Shown here one piece after another: positions 49,846 through 60,617 of a DNA stretch of 64,000 nt. Within the stretch, counting starts at the first letter, position 1; each line of letters begins with the position of its first letter. Made by a program: the position numbers and the translations under genes. This stretch comes from an uncultured Erythrobacter sp. Lineage in GTDB: Bacteria; Pseudomonadota; Alphaproteobacteria; Sphingomonadales; Sphingomonadaceae. The stretch lies in the NCBI RefSeq assembly GCF_947502395.1, contig NZ_CANMZM010000003.1:584709-648708 (forward strand), given 5' to 3'. The notes beneath the pieces were generated by a model that was not told where the DNA came from, searched no databases, and was given only the letters and a program-made list of their open reading frames with translations.

Positions 49846-50916
49846 ATGCTCTATTGGATCGCAGAATGGTTAGGATTTGAAGGCGCGCTGAACCTCGTGC
49901 GGTACCAGACGTTTCGTTTTGGCGCGGCGCTGATGACTGCTCTGATCCTTGGCCTGATCGTCGGCCCCCGCATGATCAATATGCTGCGCGTGCGGCAGGG
50001 AAAAGGTCAGCCGATCCGCGAAGATGGGCCGCAAAGCCACCTCGCTAAGCGCGGCACGCCTACTATGGGCGGCCTATTAATCCTCGTGTCACTCGCTCTG
50101 TCGCTGCTCTTGTGGATGGACCTCACCAATCCCTTCGTTTGGGCCTGTTTGGCTGTGACACTGGGTTTCGGTGTGATCGGCTTTATCGATGATTATGACA
50201 AGGTCACGAAGAACAGCCATGCAGGGCTTTCGGGCAGGGTCCGGTTGCTGTTGGAATTCGTGGTCGCGGGCATCGCGAGCTACATCATTGTCAGCCAGAT
50301 CAGCACCAGTCTCTACATCCCCTTCTTCTCGTTCGTGGAGATACCGTTGGGGCCGTTCTACTATGTATTTGCTGCCTTTGTGATGGTCGGCGCAGGCAAT
50401 GCGGTGAACCTTACAGACGGGCTAGACGGTCTGGCGATCATGCCGGTGATCATTGCTAGCGGCACTTTTGCGATCATCGCCTATCTTGTGGGCCGCCCGG
50501 ACTTTAGCGAATATCTCGGCATTCCGCATGTGCCGGGTGCGGGAGAATTGGCGATATTCTGTGCTGCAATCATGGGAGGGGGGCTGGCCTTCCTCTGGTT
50601 CAACGCGCCCCCAGCGGCAGTGTTTATGGGCGACACCGGCAGTCTTGCATTGGGTGGCGCCTTGGGAGCTATCGCAGTCGCTTCTCACCATGAAGTGGTG
50701 CTCGCGATTGTTGGTGGGCTGTTCGTGCTCGAGGCGGTCTCAGTGATCGTTCAGGTCTTCTGGTTTAAGCGCACGGGCAAACGTGTCTTCCGCATGGCAC
50801 CGATACATCACCATTTCGAACAACTCGGCTGGTCTGAGAGTAAGGTCGTGATCCGTTTCTGGATCATCGCCATTGTGCTCGCACTGGTCGGTCTTTCCAC
50901 TCTTAAGCTGAGGTAG
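49846..50916 (+). CDS. mraY: Phospho-MurNAc-pentapeptide transferase
   Basis: [41 protein letters not shown]. Confidence 0.98.
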   Translation: MLYWIAEWLGFEGALNLVRYQTFRFGAALMTALILGLIVGPRMINMLRVRQGKGQPIREDGPQSHLAKRGTPTMGGLLILVSLALSLLLWMDLTNPFVWACLAVTLGFGVIGFIDDYDKVTKNSHAGLSGRVRLLLEFVVAGIASYIIVSQISTSLYIPFFSFVEIPLGPFYYVFAAFVMVGAGNAVNLTDGLDGLAIMPVIIASGTFAIIAYLVGRPDFSEYLGIPHVPGAGELAIFCAAIMGGGLAFLWFNAPPAAVFMGDTGSLALGGALGAIAVASHHEVVLAIVGGLFVLEAVSVIVQVFWFKRTGKRVFRMAPIHHHFEQLGWSESKVVIRFWIIAIVLALVGLSTLKLR

Positions 50917-50926
50917 AAAGCCAGAC

Positions 50927-52336
50927 GTGATCACCTCGCCCGCCTTTGCTGACAAACGCTACGCGGTCCTCGGGCTCGCGCGATCAGGTGCGGCAGCGGC
51001 GGAGGCGCTTCTGGCAAGCAGGGCGAGCGTCACGGTGTGGGACAGGCAGGATGTTGCGCGCATTCCTTTCGAGGGGCGCTGTGAAATTGCTGATCCGTTG
51101 GAGATGGATTTGACTGGGTTCGATGGTCTCGTGGTTTCACCCGGGGTACCTCTCAACACCCATCCGATTAAAGACCATGCCGCCAAGTTCGGCGTGCCTA
51201 TCATCGGCGATATTGAGCTGTTCACGTTGGCCCGTGAAGACCTTCCTGCCCACCGCGTTGTTGGGGTGACAGGCACCAATGGGAAATCGACCACCGTTGC
51301 GTTGGTCCACCATATCCTGCGCTTGGCGGGAATTCCTTCGCTTTTGGGTGGAAACATCGGTGAGCCGATCATGGGGCAAGAACCGCTTGTCCCAAACGAG
51401 AACGGAGAGGGTGTCTATGTGCTTGAGCTATCGAGCTACCAGATCGACCTAAGTCATACCCTCGACTGCGAAGTGACTGCGCTTTCCAACATCACACCCG
51501 ATCATCTCGACCGCTATGACGGCTTTGCTGCATACGCTGCATCCAAAGCGCGCCTGTTTGAGATGCAATCCGCAGATCGCCTGGCGGTCTTCGGATCGCT
51601 TGAAGAGCCTGCCGGTGCGATTCATGAGGCCCAGCGCGTTCGCCGCCCCGAAGGCCGCGCCATTGCCGCCAATCTTAAGGCACTTGCCCCGCTTCAAGGC
51701 GAATGGCCAAGTCTCCAGGGACCACATAACCTTGAGAATGCAGCCGTAGCGGTGGCGATTGTCGAGGAATTGGGCGTGACGCGCGGACAGTGGGAGCATG
51801 CTCTCAAACTCTTCCGTAGCCTGCCGCACCGGATGGAGCTCGTGTGCGAGGAGCACGGCGTCACCTTCATCAATGATAGCAAGGCGACAAACACGGCCTC
51901 CTCCGCTCCTGCTCTTGCAGCCTATCCGCCTCGCGCGGATATCCGCCATGGCGCAGCGCGTGTGCATTGGATCGTCGGCGGACTGGCCAAGGAAGATGGG
52001 CTGGGTGCGTGTGAAGATATGCTGAGCAATATCGCTGCCGCCTACACGATTGGCGAAGCCGGGCCCCGCTTCGCCGAATTGCTCGAAGGTAAAATCGATA
52101 AGGTGGAACGCTGCGAGCTCGCTTGTGAAGCGGTAAGCCGGGCTCGCGACGCTGCACAGCCCGGCGATGTCGTGCTGTTCTCACCGGCCTGCGCCAGCTT
52201 TGACCAGTTTCGCGATTACGAAAAACGCGGCGACCACTTCCGTCAGCTTGTCGGCGTGATCGCAGAAGAAGGCGATTGCGAGCCTGCCACATTTCCCAAC
52301 ACCGATGAGGAATACCTCAAGGGAGAGATTGCGTGA
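50927..52336 (+). CDS. murD: UDP-MurNAc-Ala--D-Glu ligase
   Basis: GLARSG, GTNGKSTT, ELSSYQ, PDHLDRY, NDSKATN, SPACASFDQF. Confidence 0.97.
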   Translation: MITSPAFADKRYAVLGLARSGAAAAEALLASRASVTVWDRQDVARIPFEGRCEIADPLEMDLTGFDGLVVSPGVPLNTHPIKDHAAKFGVPIIGDIELFTLAREDLPAHRVVGVTGTNGKSTTVALVHHILRLAGIPSLLGGNIGEPIMGQEPLVPNENGEGVYVLELSSYQIDLSHTLDCEVTALSNITPDHLDRYDGFAAYAASKARLFEMQSADRLAVFGSLEEPAGAIHEAQRVRRPEGRAIAANLKALAPLQGEWPSLQGPHNLENAAVAVAIVEELGVTRGQWEHALKLFRSLPHRMELVCEEHGVTFINDSKATNTASSAPALAAYPPRADIRHGAARVHWIVGGLAKEDGLGACEDMLSNIAAAYTIGEAGPRFAELLEGKIDKVERCELACEAVSRARDAAQPGDVVLFSPACASFDQFRDYEKRGDHFRQLVGVIAEEGDCEPATFPNTDEEYLKGEIA

Positions 52337-53574
52337 GCCTCTCTTATAACGGCACCAATGTTACTTCCGTGCGCGGCGATGCGCGCTTCCATGCACCCGT
52401 TGCTGCACCGCGCGGGTTTACGGATCGCGTACTCATCTGGTGGCGCGAAGTCGACAAATGGCTTCTGGGCCTTGTCATTCTTTTGATGGCTCTGGGCACC
52501 ATTGCGGTTGCCGCGGCATCACCTGCTGGTGGCAAGCAATATGGTGTTGAGGAATTTGCTTTCCTCAAACGGCATGTCGCTTTCCAGGGCATGGGGCTTG
52601 CGATGATGATCGGCATATCATTTGCAAGCCGAGAGGATGCGCGAAGGCTGGGCATATTGCTTGCTGTCGTGATGCTGTTCCTGCTTCTGTTGGTACCGCT
52701 TATCGGGGCAGAGAAGAACGGGGCGCGCCGCTGGCTCAATGTCGGTATGTCGTTACAGCCGAGTGAATTTCTGAAGCCTGGATTTGCGATCCTGCTAGCG
52801 TGGATGCTCTCTTGGCGGATGCGCGACGCGAGCCTACCAGTGCTGGGATATGCGACGCTTACAATGGCGTTGGTTGCCGCGCTTTTGATGCTTCAACCGA
52901 ACCTTGGGGCGACAATACTCTTCGGCGGGGTCTGGTTCGTTCTGGTGCTGTTGTCAGGCGTTTCGCTTGCCAAAATGGGCGCATTGGTTGCCACGGGAAT
53001 GGGCGGGCTTACTGCGACCTATTTCCTTTATGACAATGCTCGGCACCGGATCGACAGCTTCCTTGGTGGTGGTACTGCCTATGATCAGGTCTATCTCGCA
53101 GAGCGCACTTTGACCGCAGGCGGCTGGACTGGAAGCGGCCTGTGGCTCGGCACACGCAAGATGCAATTACCTGAAGCGCATACGGATTACATCTTCTCTG
53201 TCATAGGAGAAGAGTTTGGCTTGCTTGCATGTGCGGTGATTCTGCTCCTTTATGTCGCGATTATCACGCGTGCACTTGTCCGTCTGGTTGATGAGGAGAA
53301 TCTCTTCGCGCTGCTCGCCAGCGCTGGCCTTGCGACCTTGATTGGGGGGCAAGCCTTCATCAATATGGCGGTCAATCTTCAGCTCTTCCCTTCCAAGGGC
53401 ATGACCCTGCCGCTTGTGAGTTATGGGGGATCATCCACTTTGGCGGTTTGCCTAACCTTCGGTCTGCTCTTAGCGATTACGCGTCGTAATCCCTTCCTGA
53501 AGCGGGAGAGGCCGGGCCTGAAAGACCTGCTCGGCCGCTCTGCGAAGGCTAGCAATTCCAAGGTGCGTACATGA
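52333..53574 (+). CDS. ftsW: SEDS peptidoglycan polymerase FtsW
   Basis: GARRW, QPSEFLK, QPNLG, PEAHTDYIF....EE.G, KGMTLPLVSYGGSS. Confidence 0.97.
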   Translation: MSLSYNGTNVTSVRGDARFHAPVAAPRGFTDRVLIWWREVDKWLLGLVILLMALGTIAVAAASPAGGKQYGVEEFAFLKRHVAFQGMGLAMMIGISFASREDARRLGILLAVVMLFLLLLVPLIGAEKNGARRWLNVGMSLQPSEFLKPGFAILLAWMLSWRMRDASLPVLGYATLTMALVAALLMLQPNLGATILFGGVWFVLVLLSGVSLAKMGALVATGMGGLTATYFLYDNARHRIDSFLGGGTAYDQVYLAERTLTAGGWTGSGLWLGTRKMQLPEAHTDYIFSVIGEEFGLLACAVILLLYVAIITRALVRLVDEENLFALLASAGLATLIGGQAFINMAVNLQLFPSKGMTLPLVSYGGSSTLAVCLTFGLLLAITRRNPFLKRERPGLKDLLGRSAKASNSKVRT

Positions 53575-54791
53575 GCAGCGAGACACCAACTGGAGCAAGT
53601 CGCCATTTCGTTTTGGCCGCTGGAGGCACCGGAGGGCATTTGATCCCGGCCTTTGCATTGGCAGAGGAGCTGCACGCGCGCGGACATCATGTGGCTCTCA
53701 TCACGGATGAGCGCGGTGCGAATATTCCGGGCAAGCCCGACTTTCTGACAGCGCACGTTTTGCCGGCGGGTCGCTTTGGTAAAAACCCGCTCAAATGGAT
53801 CGGCGGCGTTCGCGCGGTCCTCGAAGGGCGCAACATGGCGCTGCGTTTGTTTGAAACGTTTGAACCGGCCGCGATTGTCGGCTTTGGCGGATACCCAGCG
53901 TTTCCTGCTCTGCTCGCGGCCAGTGCGGCGAAACTGCCTAGCGTTGTGCACGAGCAGAATGCGGTACTCGGCCGCGTAAACCGATTATTGGCGCGCAGCG
54001 TTGACGCAATCGCGACCTCCTATCCTGGGGTTCAGCGGCTAAAGCCCAAATATGCGGATAAGACGCATCTCGTTGGCAACCCGGTGCGCGAAGAGGTGCT
54101 TGCCCTTCGCGATGAGGATTTCCCGACGCTGACTGAAGAGGGGTTATTGCGGGTGCTGATCACCGGCGGCTCTCAAGGTGCAAGCGTGCTTTCCGAAGTG
54201 GTGCCAGATGGCCTTGCGATGCTGCCGCCGGCGTTGCGTTCGCGCTTGCAGGTGACGCAGCAATGCCGCCCTGAGGATCTGGACGCGGTGCGCGAACGCT
54301 ACACCAACCACGATATTCCAGCAGAGCTTGGCACATACTTTGAGGATATGAACGAAAGGCTTGCGGGTACGCATTTGTTTATCGGACGCGCGGGTGCATC
54401 GACCATTGCAGAGCTAACGGCCGTGGGTCGCCCTGCGATCCTCATTCCGCTCCCCATTGCTACCGACGATCATCAAGCGGCAAACACGGTCGAGATCGTT
54501 AAGGCAGGCGGCGCGCGTATGATCCGGCAAGACAAGTTCACCCCAAAAGAGCTCGCCAAGCAAATTCAGGCGCTCGCGCAAAATCCTGGCAGCCTTTCCA
54601 ACGCTGCCCATGGCGCTTGGAATTGCGGACGGCCCAAAGCGGCCAAGGAACTCGCCGATCTTATCGAAAGCATGGGCGGGATCGATCTGATGGATGTGAT
54701 CCGTGTGGGTGAGGGCGCTCCCAAGGCGGCAGCCGATGCGACCAAAGCCCAAACCGCCACGCGTGAGAGCGCGGAGGATAAGGCCGCGTGA
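53571..54791 (+). CDS. murG: Lipid II GlcNAc transferase
   Basis: GGTGGH, GFGGY, HEQN, GNPVR, GGSQGA, RAGAST, DHQ. Confidence 0.97.
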   Translation: MSSETPTGASRHFVLAAGGTGGHLIPAFALAEELHARGHHVALITDERGANIPGKPDFLTAHVLPAGRFGKNPLKWIGGVRAVLEGRNMALRLFETFEPAAIVGFGGYPAFPALLAASAAKLPSVVHEQNAVLGRVNRLLARSVDAIATSYPGVQRLKPKYADKTHLVGNPVREEVLALRDEDFPTLTEEGLLRVLITGGSQGASVLSEVVPDGLAMLPPALRSRLQVTQQCRPEDLDAVRERYTNHDIPAELGTYFEDMNERLAGTHLFIGRAGASTIAELTAVGRPAILIPLPIATDDHQAANTVEIVKAGGARMIRQDKFTPKELAKQIQALAQNPGSLSNAAHGAWNCGRPKAAKELADLIESMGGIDLMDVIRVGEGAPKAAADATKAQTATRESAEDKAA

Positions 54792-56212
54792 AGGGGGTCG
54801 GGACCGATATCGGCACGATTCACTTCGTTGGCATTGGCGGGATCGGCATGTCAGGCATTGCCGAGGTTATGTGCAATCTGGGCTATGCTGTTCAAGGCAG
54901 CGATATTGCCGAAGGGCCAAGTGTTGAGCGCTTGCGCAAACGCGGGATCACGGTCCACATCGGGCACAGAAAAGAGAATGTAGACGGATCGGCGGTGGTC
55001 GTGACATCCACCGCTGTGCGCCGCACCAATCCGGAAGTGGCTTGCGCTTTAGAACAGCGCATTCCGGTGGTGCGGCGCGCTGAAATGCTGGCTGAGCTGA
55101 TGCGCCTAAAATCCACCGTTGCGGTGGCGGGCACGCATGGCAAAACCACCACCACGTCCATGATCGCCAGCCTGCTGGACAAGGGTCAGGTTGACCCAAC
55201 CATCATCAATGGTGGGATTATCGAGCAATATGGTTCAAACGCGCGTCTGGGTGACAGCGATTGGATGGTGGTCGAGGCCGATGAGAGCGATGGCAGTTTC
55301 CTGCGTCTCGATGGGACCATTGCGGTTGTCACCAATATCGACCCCGAACACCTCGATCACTATGGCGATTTCGACGGGGTGAAATGCGCCTTTGTCGAGT
55401 TCATTCACAATGTGCCCTTCTACGGCGCGGCGATCCTGTGTGTGGACCACCCAGAGGTTCAAGCGGTCATCGGGGAAGTGCGCGACCGTAAGGTTGTGAC
55501 CTATGGCTTCTCGCTCCAGGCGGATATCTGCGGGGTCAATGTTCGTCCATCTGATGGCGGCAACACGTTCGATGTGATCGTGCGTCAGCGCGGAGAAGAA
55601 GATCGCCGGATCGAGGGTGTGCATCTCCCGATGCCTGGTCGCCACAATGTCCAGAACGCTCTTGCTGCGATTGCGGTGGCGATTGAGATGGGTTGCTCGG
55701 ACGATGTGATCCGCGAAGGCTTTGGCGGTTTTGGCGGGGTGCGTCGCCGGTTTACCAAGGTCGGTTCGGTTGAGGTCGAGGGCGGCAGTGTCGCAGTGAT
55801 CGACGACTACGCCCACCATCCAGTTGAAATTCGCGCCGTGCTCGAAGCTGCCCGTGAGGCCGTCGAAAAAGGCCGCGTCATCGCTGTGGCTCAGCCGCAC
55901 CGATACACCCGCCTGCGCGACCTCATGGAAGACTTTCAAACCTGCTTCAACGAGGCCGATATGGTCTTTGTGACACCGGTTTATGAGGCAGGCGAGGAGC
56001 CGATTGAGGGAGTGGATGCCGAGACGCTCGCCGCAGGTCTTAGGTCGCGTGGACACCGTTCGGCCCGGACAACCGCCAGCCAAAGCGACCTTGCAGCCAC
56101 ACTCGCGGAAGAAATTGCACCGGGAGACATCATTGTGTGCCTCGGCGCGGGGGATATCACCAAGTGGGCCGCTACCCTTGGGAACGCTATCTCAGCGATA
56201 AGAGAGGCATGA
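54788..56212 (+). CDS. murC: UDP-MurNAc--L-alanine ligase
   Basis: [44 protein letters not shown]. Confidence 0.98.
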   Translation: MKGVGTDIGTIHFVGIGGIGMSGIAEVMCNLGYAVQGSDIAEGPSVERLRKRGITVHIGHRKENVDGSAVVVTSTAVRRTNPEVACALEQRIPVVRRAEMLAELMRLKSTVAVAGTHGKTTTTSMIASLLDKGQVDPTIINGGIIEQYGSNARLGDSDWMVVEADESDGSFLRLDGTIAVVTNIDPEHLDHYGDFDGVKCAFVEFIHNVPFYGAAILCVDHPEVQAVIGEVRDRKVVTYGFSLQADICGVNVRPSDGGNTFDVIVRQRGEEDRRIEGVHLPMPGRHNVQNALAAIAVAIEMGCSDDVIREGFGGFGGVRRRFTKVGSVEVEGGSVAVIDDYAHHPVEIRAVLEAAREAVEKGRVIAVAQPHRYTRLRDLMEDFQTCFNEADMVFVTPVYEAGEEPIEGVDAETLAAGLRSRGHRSARTTASQSDLAATLAEEIAPGDIIVCLGAGDITKWAATLGNAISAIREA

Positions 56213-57204
56213 GCTCTCAGATGAATAGCAATCAGCCCTATAAGCAAGCTGGCGACTGGAACGATATGGACGATGGTCGCGCGCCGACTTGCACGGTCGA
56301 GGGCAGCGTGGCTGCGCCAGTTCCCACCGACATCGTTCGTGGAAAGCTCACCAAAGATGCGCCATTGGCCAAGCACGTGTGGTTCAAGAGCGGGGGCAAT
56401 GTCGATTGGTTGTTTGAACCCGCCGATCTGGAGGACCTTAGAACCTTTCTCGAAGCGCTCGACCCCAGCATCCCCGTGATGCCATTGGGCGTGGGCTCCA
56501 ACATGATTATTCGCGATGGCGGAGTACCCGGGGTGGTCATCAAGCTGGGCGCGCCATTTGCAGACGTCAAAGTGACCGGCGAGACCACTTTGCAAGCTGG
56601 TGCTTTTGCTCCTGCGAGCGTGCTCGCCCGGCGTGCTGCGAAGGCCAGCATTGATGGCCTGCGCTTCTTTATCGGCATTCCCGGCTCTGTTGGTGGCGTG
56701 ACCAGGATGAACGGCGGATGCTATGGCCGCGAGACGTGTGATGTGCTGGTCGATTGCGACGTAATCCTGCCCGGCGGCGAGTTTGTGACGCTTACCAATG
56801 CCGACCTCCAATATTCCTACCGCCATTCGGCCCTGCCAGAAGGTGCAGTGGTCGTCGCAGTGCGGTTTGAGGGTTTTCCCGGAGACCCTAAAGAGATCAA
56901 GACCGACATGGCTCGCATCTCGAACCAGCGCAAAGAATCGCAGCCCATCGGATCGATGACCGGCGGCTCGACCTTCAAGAACCCGGAAGGCCATTCGAGC
57001 TGGAAGCTGATCGATGATGCTGGGCTTCGCGGGTTTACCCACGGCGGGGCACAGGTCAGCGACAAGCACTGCAATTTCCTCATCAATACGGGTACAGCAA
57101 CCTCGACGGATATCGAGGAGCTGGGCGAGCTGGTGCGCGAGAAAGTCTACGCCAATTCGGGCATTCAGCTAGAGTGGGAAATCCGCCGGGTTGGGCGGCC
57201 ATGA
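56209..57204 (+). CDS. murB: UDP-N-acetylenolpyruvoylglucosamine reductase
   Basis: [21 protein letters not shown]....[17 protein letters not shown]. Confidence 0.96.
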   Translation: MSSQMNSNQPYKQAGDWNDMDDGRAPTCTVEGSVAAPVPTDIVRGKLTKDAPLAKHVWFKSGGNVDWLFEPADLEDLRTFLEALDPSIPVMPLGVGSNMIIRDGGVPGVVIKLGAPFADVKVTGETTLQAGAFAPASVLARRAAKASIDGLRFFIGIPGSVGGVTRMNGGCYGRETCDVLVDCDVILPGGEFVTLTNADLQYSYRHSALPEGAVVVAVRFEGFPGDPKEIKTDMARISNQRKESQPIGSMTGGSTFKNPEGHSSWKLIDDAGLRGFTHGGAQVSDKHCNFLINTGTATSTDIEELGELVREKVYANSGIQLEWEIRRVGRP

Positions 57205-58187
57205 TGGCCCTGAAAGACCCATTGCACGTCGTCGTCCTAATGGGTGGCTGGGCGAATGAGCGGGAAGTCTCTCTCATGTCCGGTGCAGGCATTGCCGATG
57301 CGTTGGAGATGAACGGGCACCGTGTGACCCAGGTCGATATGGACCGCGATGTGGCGCAGCGGATTGCCGAGGCCAAGCCAGATGTGGTGTTCAACGCCCT
57401 TCATGGAGTGCCCGGAGAAGATGGCAGCGTGCAGGGCATGCTCGACTTAATGGGTATTCCCTATACCCACTCCGGGCTCGCAACCTCTGTCATTGCCATC
57501 GACAAACAGCTTACCAAACAGGCGCTCACCCCGCATGGTATTCCTATGCCCGGCGGACGGATTGTGCCTTGTGAGGAATTGCATGCGCGCGATCCGCTAC
57601 CGCGCCCCTACGTGCTCAAACCTGTCAATGAAGGCTCTTCGGTAGGCGTTGCCATCATCACCGAGGACAGCAATGTCGGCAATCCGATTGCCCGCAGCGC
57701 AAAGGGCCCATGGCAGGAGTTTGACAAGCTGCTCGCTGAACCTTTCATCAAAGGGCGCGAGCTGACCACGGCGGTGATCGACGGAGCTTCGGGGGCAAAG
57801 GCTTTAGGCGTGACCGAACTCATCATCGAAAGCGGTTTCTACGACTACGAGCACAAATACACCGAAGGGCGTACGCAGCATGTGTGCCCAGCGAAAGTCC
57901 CGCCCACAATTGCAGCATTGTGTGAAGACTACGCTCTCAAGGCGCACAAAGTCCTTGGATGTCACGGCACCAGCCGCACCGATTTTCGCTGGGATGAGGA
58001 GCTGGGCGAAGAGGGCCTTTTCGTTCTCGAGACCAACACGCAGCCAGGCATGACTCCGTTGAGCCTGGTGCCTGAACAGGCGCGGGCGGCCGACATTGGA
58101 TATGCTGAACTGGTTGAGCTGATCGTGATGGAAGCTCTGAGGGTTCATGCGGACAAGCTCAAACAACGGGAGGACGCTCATGGCTAG
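57201..58187 (+). CDS. ddl: D-alanine--D-alanine ligase
   Basis: EREVSLMSG, LHG..GEDG, KP.NEGSSVG, E.FI.GRE, FYDYE.KY, RTDF, ETNTQPGMT. Confidence 0.97.
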   Translation: MMALKDPLHVVVLMGGWANEREVSLMSGAGIADALEMNGHRVTQVDMDRDVAQRIAEAKPDVVFNALHGVPGEDGSVQGMLDLMGIPYTHSGLATSVIAIDKQLTKQALTPHGIPMPGGRIVPCEELHARDPLPRPYVLKPVNEGSSVGVAIITEDSNVGNPIARSAKGPWQEFDKLLAEPFIKGRELTTAVIDGASGAKALGVTELIIESGFYDYEHKYTEGRTQHVCPAKVPPTIAALCEDYALKAHKVLGCHGTSRTDFRWDEELGEEGLFVLETNTQPGMTPLSLVPEQARAADIGYAELVELIVMEALRVHADKLKQREDAHG

Positions 58188-59097
58188 GATCAAGCGTTCG
58201 AGCGGCAAGGGCGTTCGCCGCGCGGCCAAGTCGCAGAGCCGTGCCGCCAGCGCGCGCCGCGCCAAGGCAACTACGGGCGGCATAATCGACTCAATCATGG
58301 GCGTGCTGCCTTTCACAGAAAAGCAGTGGAGCACGATTTGGCTCACGATGATCATCGGCGGCGCGGTCGGCCTCGCCTTCGTGATAGCCAATCTTGCAGG
58401 TGTCCCGGCTATGGCTAAGGCGCAGGTCGCCGTGCTTGCTGCTGACGCAGGCTTCGAAGTCAAACATGTGCGCGTAACCGGCACGGACCGCATGGATGAA
58501 CAGCAAATCTATGCCCGCGCGCTGGCGCAAAAAGATCGCCCTATGCCAACAGTCGAATTGGAGGCATTGCGCGAGGAACTGCGTGAGCTTCCATGGGTCA
58601 AAGACGCGCGCGTTTCGGTCCAGCTTCCCGCAACACTCGTCATCGATATTGTCGAGCGAGAGCCTCATGCAGTGCTTGAAAAGCCCGATCGGCTGATGCT
58701 GATCGATGCCGAAGGGGTCGAGTTGGAGCCAGTAGCCAAGGGCAAGACCGGTGACAAGATGCGAATCTTGGGGCCGGGCGCGTCAAAACAAGTCGCGCCG
58801 TTAGAGACATTACTCGCGGCGGCTCCTGCCTTAGGCCCTCAGATCGTAGCGGTTGAGTGGGTTGGCAATCGTCGTTGGAATCTAACCTTCAAAAGTGGAC
58901 AAGTGCTGGCCCTGCCGGAAGGCGCTGAAACCTCTGCCAATGCTTTGGTCAAGTTTGCGCGCATGGATGGTCAGAACCGCTTGATCGGTGGGCAAGTGGC
59001 GACCTTCGATATGCGTAGCCCGCCACGGATATACATGCGCGTGCCGGGCCGTGCCGATGCGGTTGAACTGGCCGATAACAGCACAGGGAACCCCTAA
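58180..59097 (+). CDS. ftsQ: Cell division protein FtsQ
   Basis: Basic N-terminus, TM, POTRA (LPWVKDARVSVQLP..L.I.I.ER.P), C-terminal DMR.P; GGGAGG RBS. Confidence 0.93.
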   Translation: MARIKRSSGKGVRRAAKSQSRAASARRAKATTGGIIDSIMGVLPFTEKQWSTIWLTMIIGGAVGLAFVIANLAGVPAMAKAQVAVLAADAGFEVKHVRVTGTDRMDEQQIYARALAQKDRPMPTVELEALREELRELPWVKDARVSVQLPATLVIDIVEREPHAVLEKPDRLMLIDAEGVELEPVAKGKTGDKMRILGPGASKQVAPLETLLAAAPALGPQIVAVEWVGNRRWNLTFKSGQVLALPEGAETSANALVKFARMDGQNRLIGGQVATFDMRSPPRIYMRVPGRADAVELADNSTGNP

Positions 59098-60434
59098 TGG
59101 CCCGCAACAAGACAGCCGCCAAATCTATCCCTTCAAAGGCGCGCCTTGCCAAGGTGCTTGGCGCGGTCAACGTCGGTTCATTCCGGATCTCCGCGATGAT
59201 CATGGGTGAGACTGAGACAGGTGATCTGGTTGTACTGGGCTCTGGCCATCGAGCCAGCAATGGTGTGAAGCGGGGCTACATCACCGATATGAACGCGGCC
59301 ACCTACGCCATTCGCGATGCAGTGGAGAGGGCCGAAAAGAATGCGGGCACCAATGTCCAAAGCGTCTGGATCGCCTGTGCTGGTGCAGGTCTCAAGAGCC
59401 AGATTTCCAAGGTTGAAATTGATATCGGCGGTCGCCGGATTGAGGAGGAGGATATCGAACACCTCTTGCTCGAAGCGCGCGATCGGATCGACCCGGACGG
59501 ACGCAGCGTGCTGCACGCAATCCCAGCACATTACACACTCGATGGGGCGCATGGCGTGGCCAACCCGCTTGGCCTTCACGCCGAGCGATTGGGCGTCGAT
59601 ATCCATGTCATGCTCGCCGATGGCGCACCGGTTCGCAACCTCATGGAAGCTGTGCAGAATGCGCATCTTGAGGTTGAGGCAGTGGTCGCGGCACCGCTTG
59701 CCTCGGGCTATGCTTGTCTGACTGAGGAAGAACGCGATTTGGGCGTGGCTTTGGTGGAGATCGGTTCCGATGTTACCAATGTTTCGGTTTTTGCCGCGGG
59801 CATGCTGTTGGGCCTGAGGTCCATTCCATTGGGTTCTGGTGACATTACCGATGCGGTTGCGGGTGCCTTTGGCATTCGCCGGTTCCAGGCTGAGCGTCTT
59901 AAATGCGTCTCTGGTTCAGCCATTGCATCACCCAGCGATCACCGTGAAATGATCCCCGTTCATGGTCCCAACGAAGCCGAAGGCGGCGCTGTTGGAGGGG
60001 CCAATGCTCGCGGTGCGGACGATAAGAACCGGATCGCGCGCGCGGACCTTATCTCGGTCATCACCCAGAGCCAATCGCAACTCACCCGCGAGATCGGCAA
60101 GGCCCTTAAAGAGCTTGGTTTCGCAGGTGTTCGTGGAGGACAGGTCGTATTGACCGGTGGCGGCGCGGAGCTCGCGGGGTTGGCTGAGTTTGCGCAGAGC
60201 GCACTGGCCATGCCCGTGCGCATTGGCCGAGCCTCTGAGCTTACGGGATTGCCCGAAGCCCACGCGACCCCGGGTTTCTCCGGTCTTGCGGGTCTGTGTC
60301 TTTATGCAGCAGTGGACCCGGTGGATATCCGCGCCGTGGGCTCCCGCTATAGCAATACGCACGAATTCAGCGGTTCTGTTAATCTGTTCGCCGGGATTTC
60401 AAGGCTCTGGCGTGCACTCAGAGAGAATTTTTAG
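59097..60434 (+). CDS. ftsA: Cell division protein FtsA
   Basis: GVKRG.ITD, L.EEER.LG, G..ITD, AERLK, VVLTGGG, C-terminal amphipathic LWRALRENF. Confidence 0.96.
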   Translation: MARNKTAAKSIPSKARLAKVLGAVNVGSFRISAMIMGETETGDLVVLGSGHRASNGVKRGYITDMNAATYAIRDAVERAEKNAGTNVQSVWIACAGAGLKSQISKVEIDIGGRRIEEEDIEHLLLEARDRIDPDGRSVLHAIPAHYTLDGAHGVANPLGLHAERLGVDIHVMLADGAPVRNLMEAVQNAHLEVEAVVAAPLASGYACLTEEERDLGVALVEIGSDVTNVSVFAAGMLLGLRSIPLGSGDITDAVAGAFGIRRFQAERLKCVSGSAIASPSDHREMIPVHGPNEAEGGAVGGANARGADDKNRIARADLISVITQSQSQLTREIGKALKELGFAGVRGGQVVLTGGGAELAGLAEFAQSALAMPVRIGRASELTGLPEAHATPGFSGLAGLCLYAAVDPVDIRAVGSRYSNTHEFSGSVNLFAGISRLWRALRENF

Positions 60435-60511
60435 AAATGGCACCGCATTTCAAAGATTTGGCACTTGTTCGTGTAAAAAGATGAAACTTGGTTTTTACAT
60501 GCACACTGTGG

Positions 60512-60527
60512 ATAATGAAGTATTAAC
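60512..60527. promoter_or_regulatory. CtrA-like box upstream of ftsZ
   Basis: ATAA-TGAAGTA-TTAAC, one mismatch from TTAA-N7-TTAAC. Confidence 0.6.
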
Positions 60528-60617
60528 TGTAACGGACGCATCACGAATGTGTCACACACATCTAACCTTGGGGCGGACGTGTATGGATTACACCCTGAGG
60601 TCTGGAGGATTAAGGCC

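Noticed and set aside
55981-57069. 362-aa minus-strand ORF
   Set aside because: Antisense shadow of murC/murB with no motifs; long antisense frames are expected in GC-rich coding DNA
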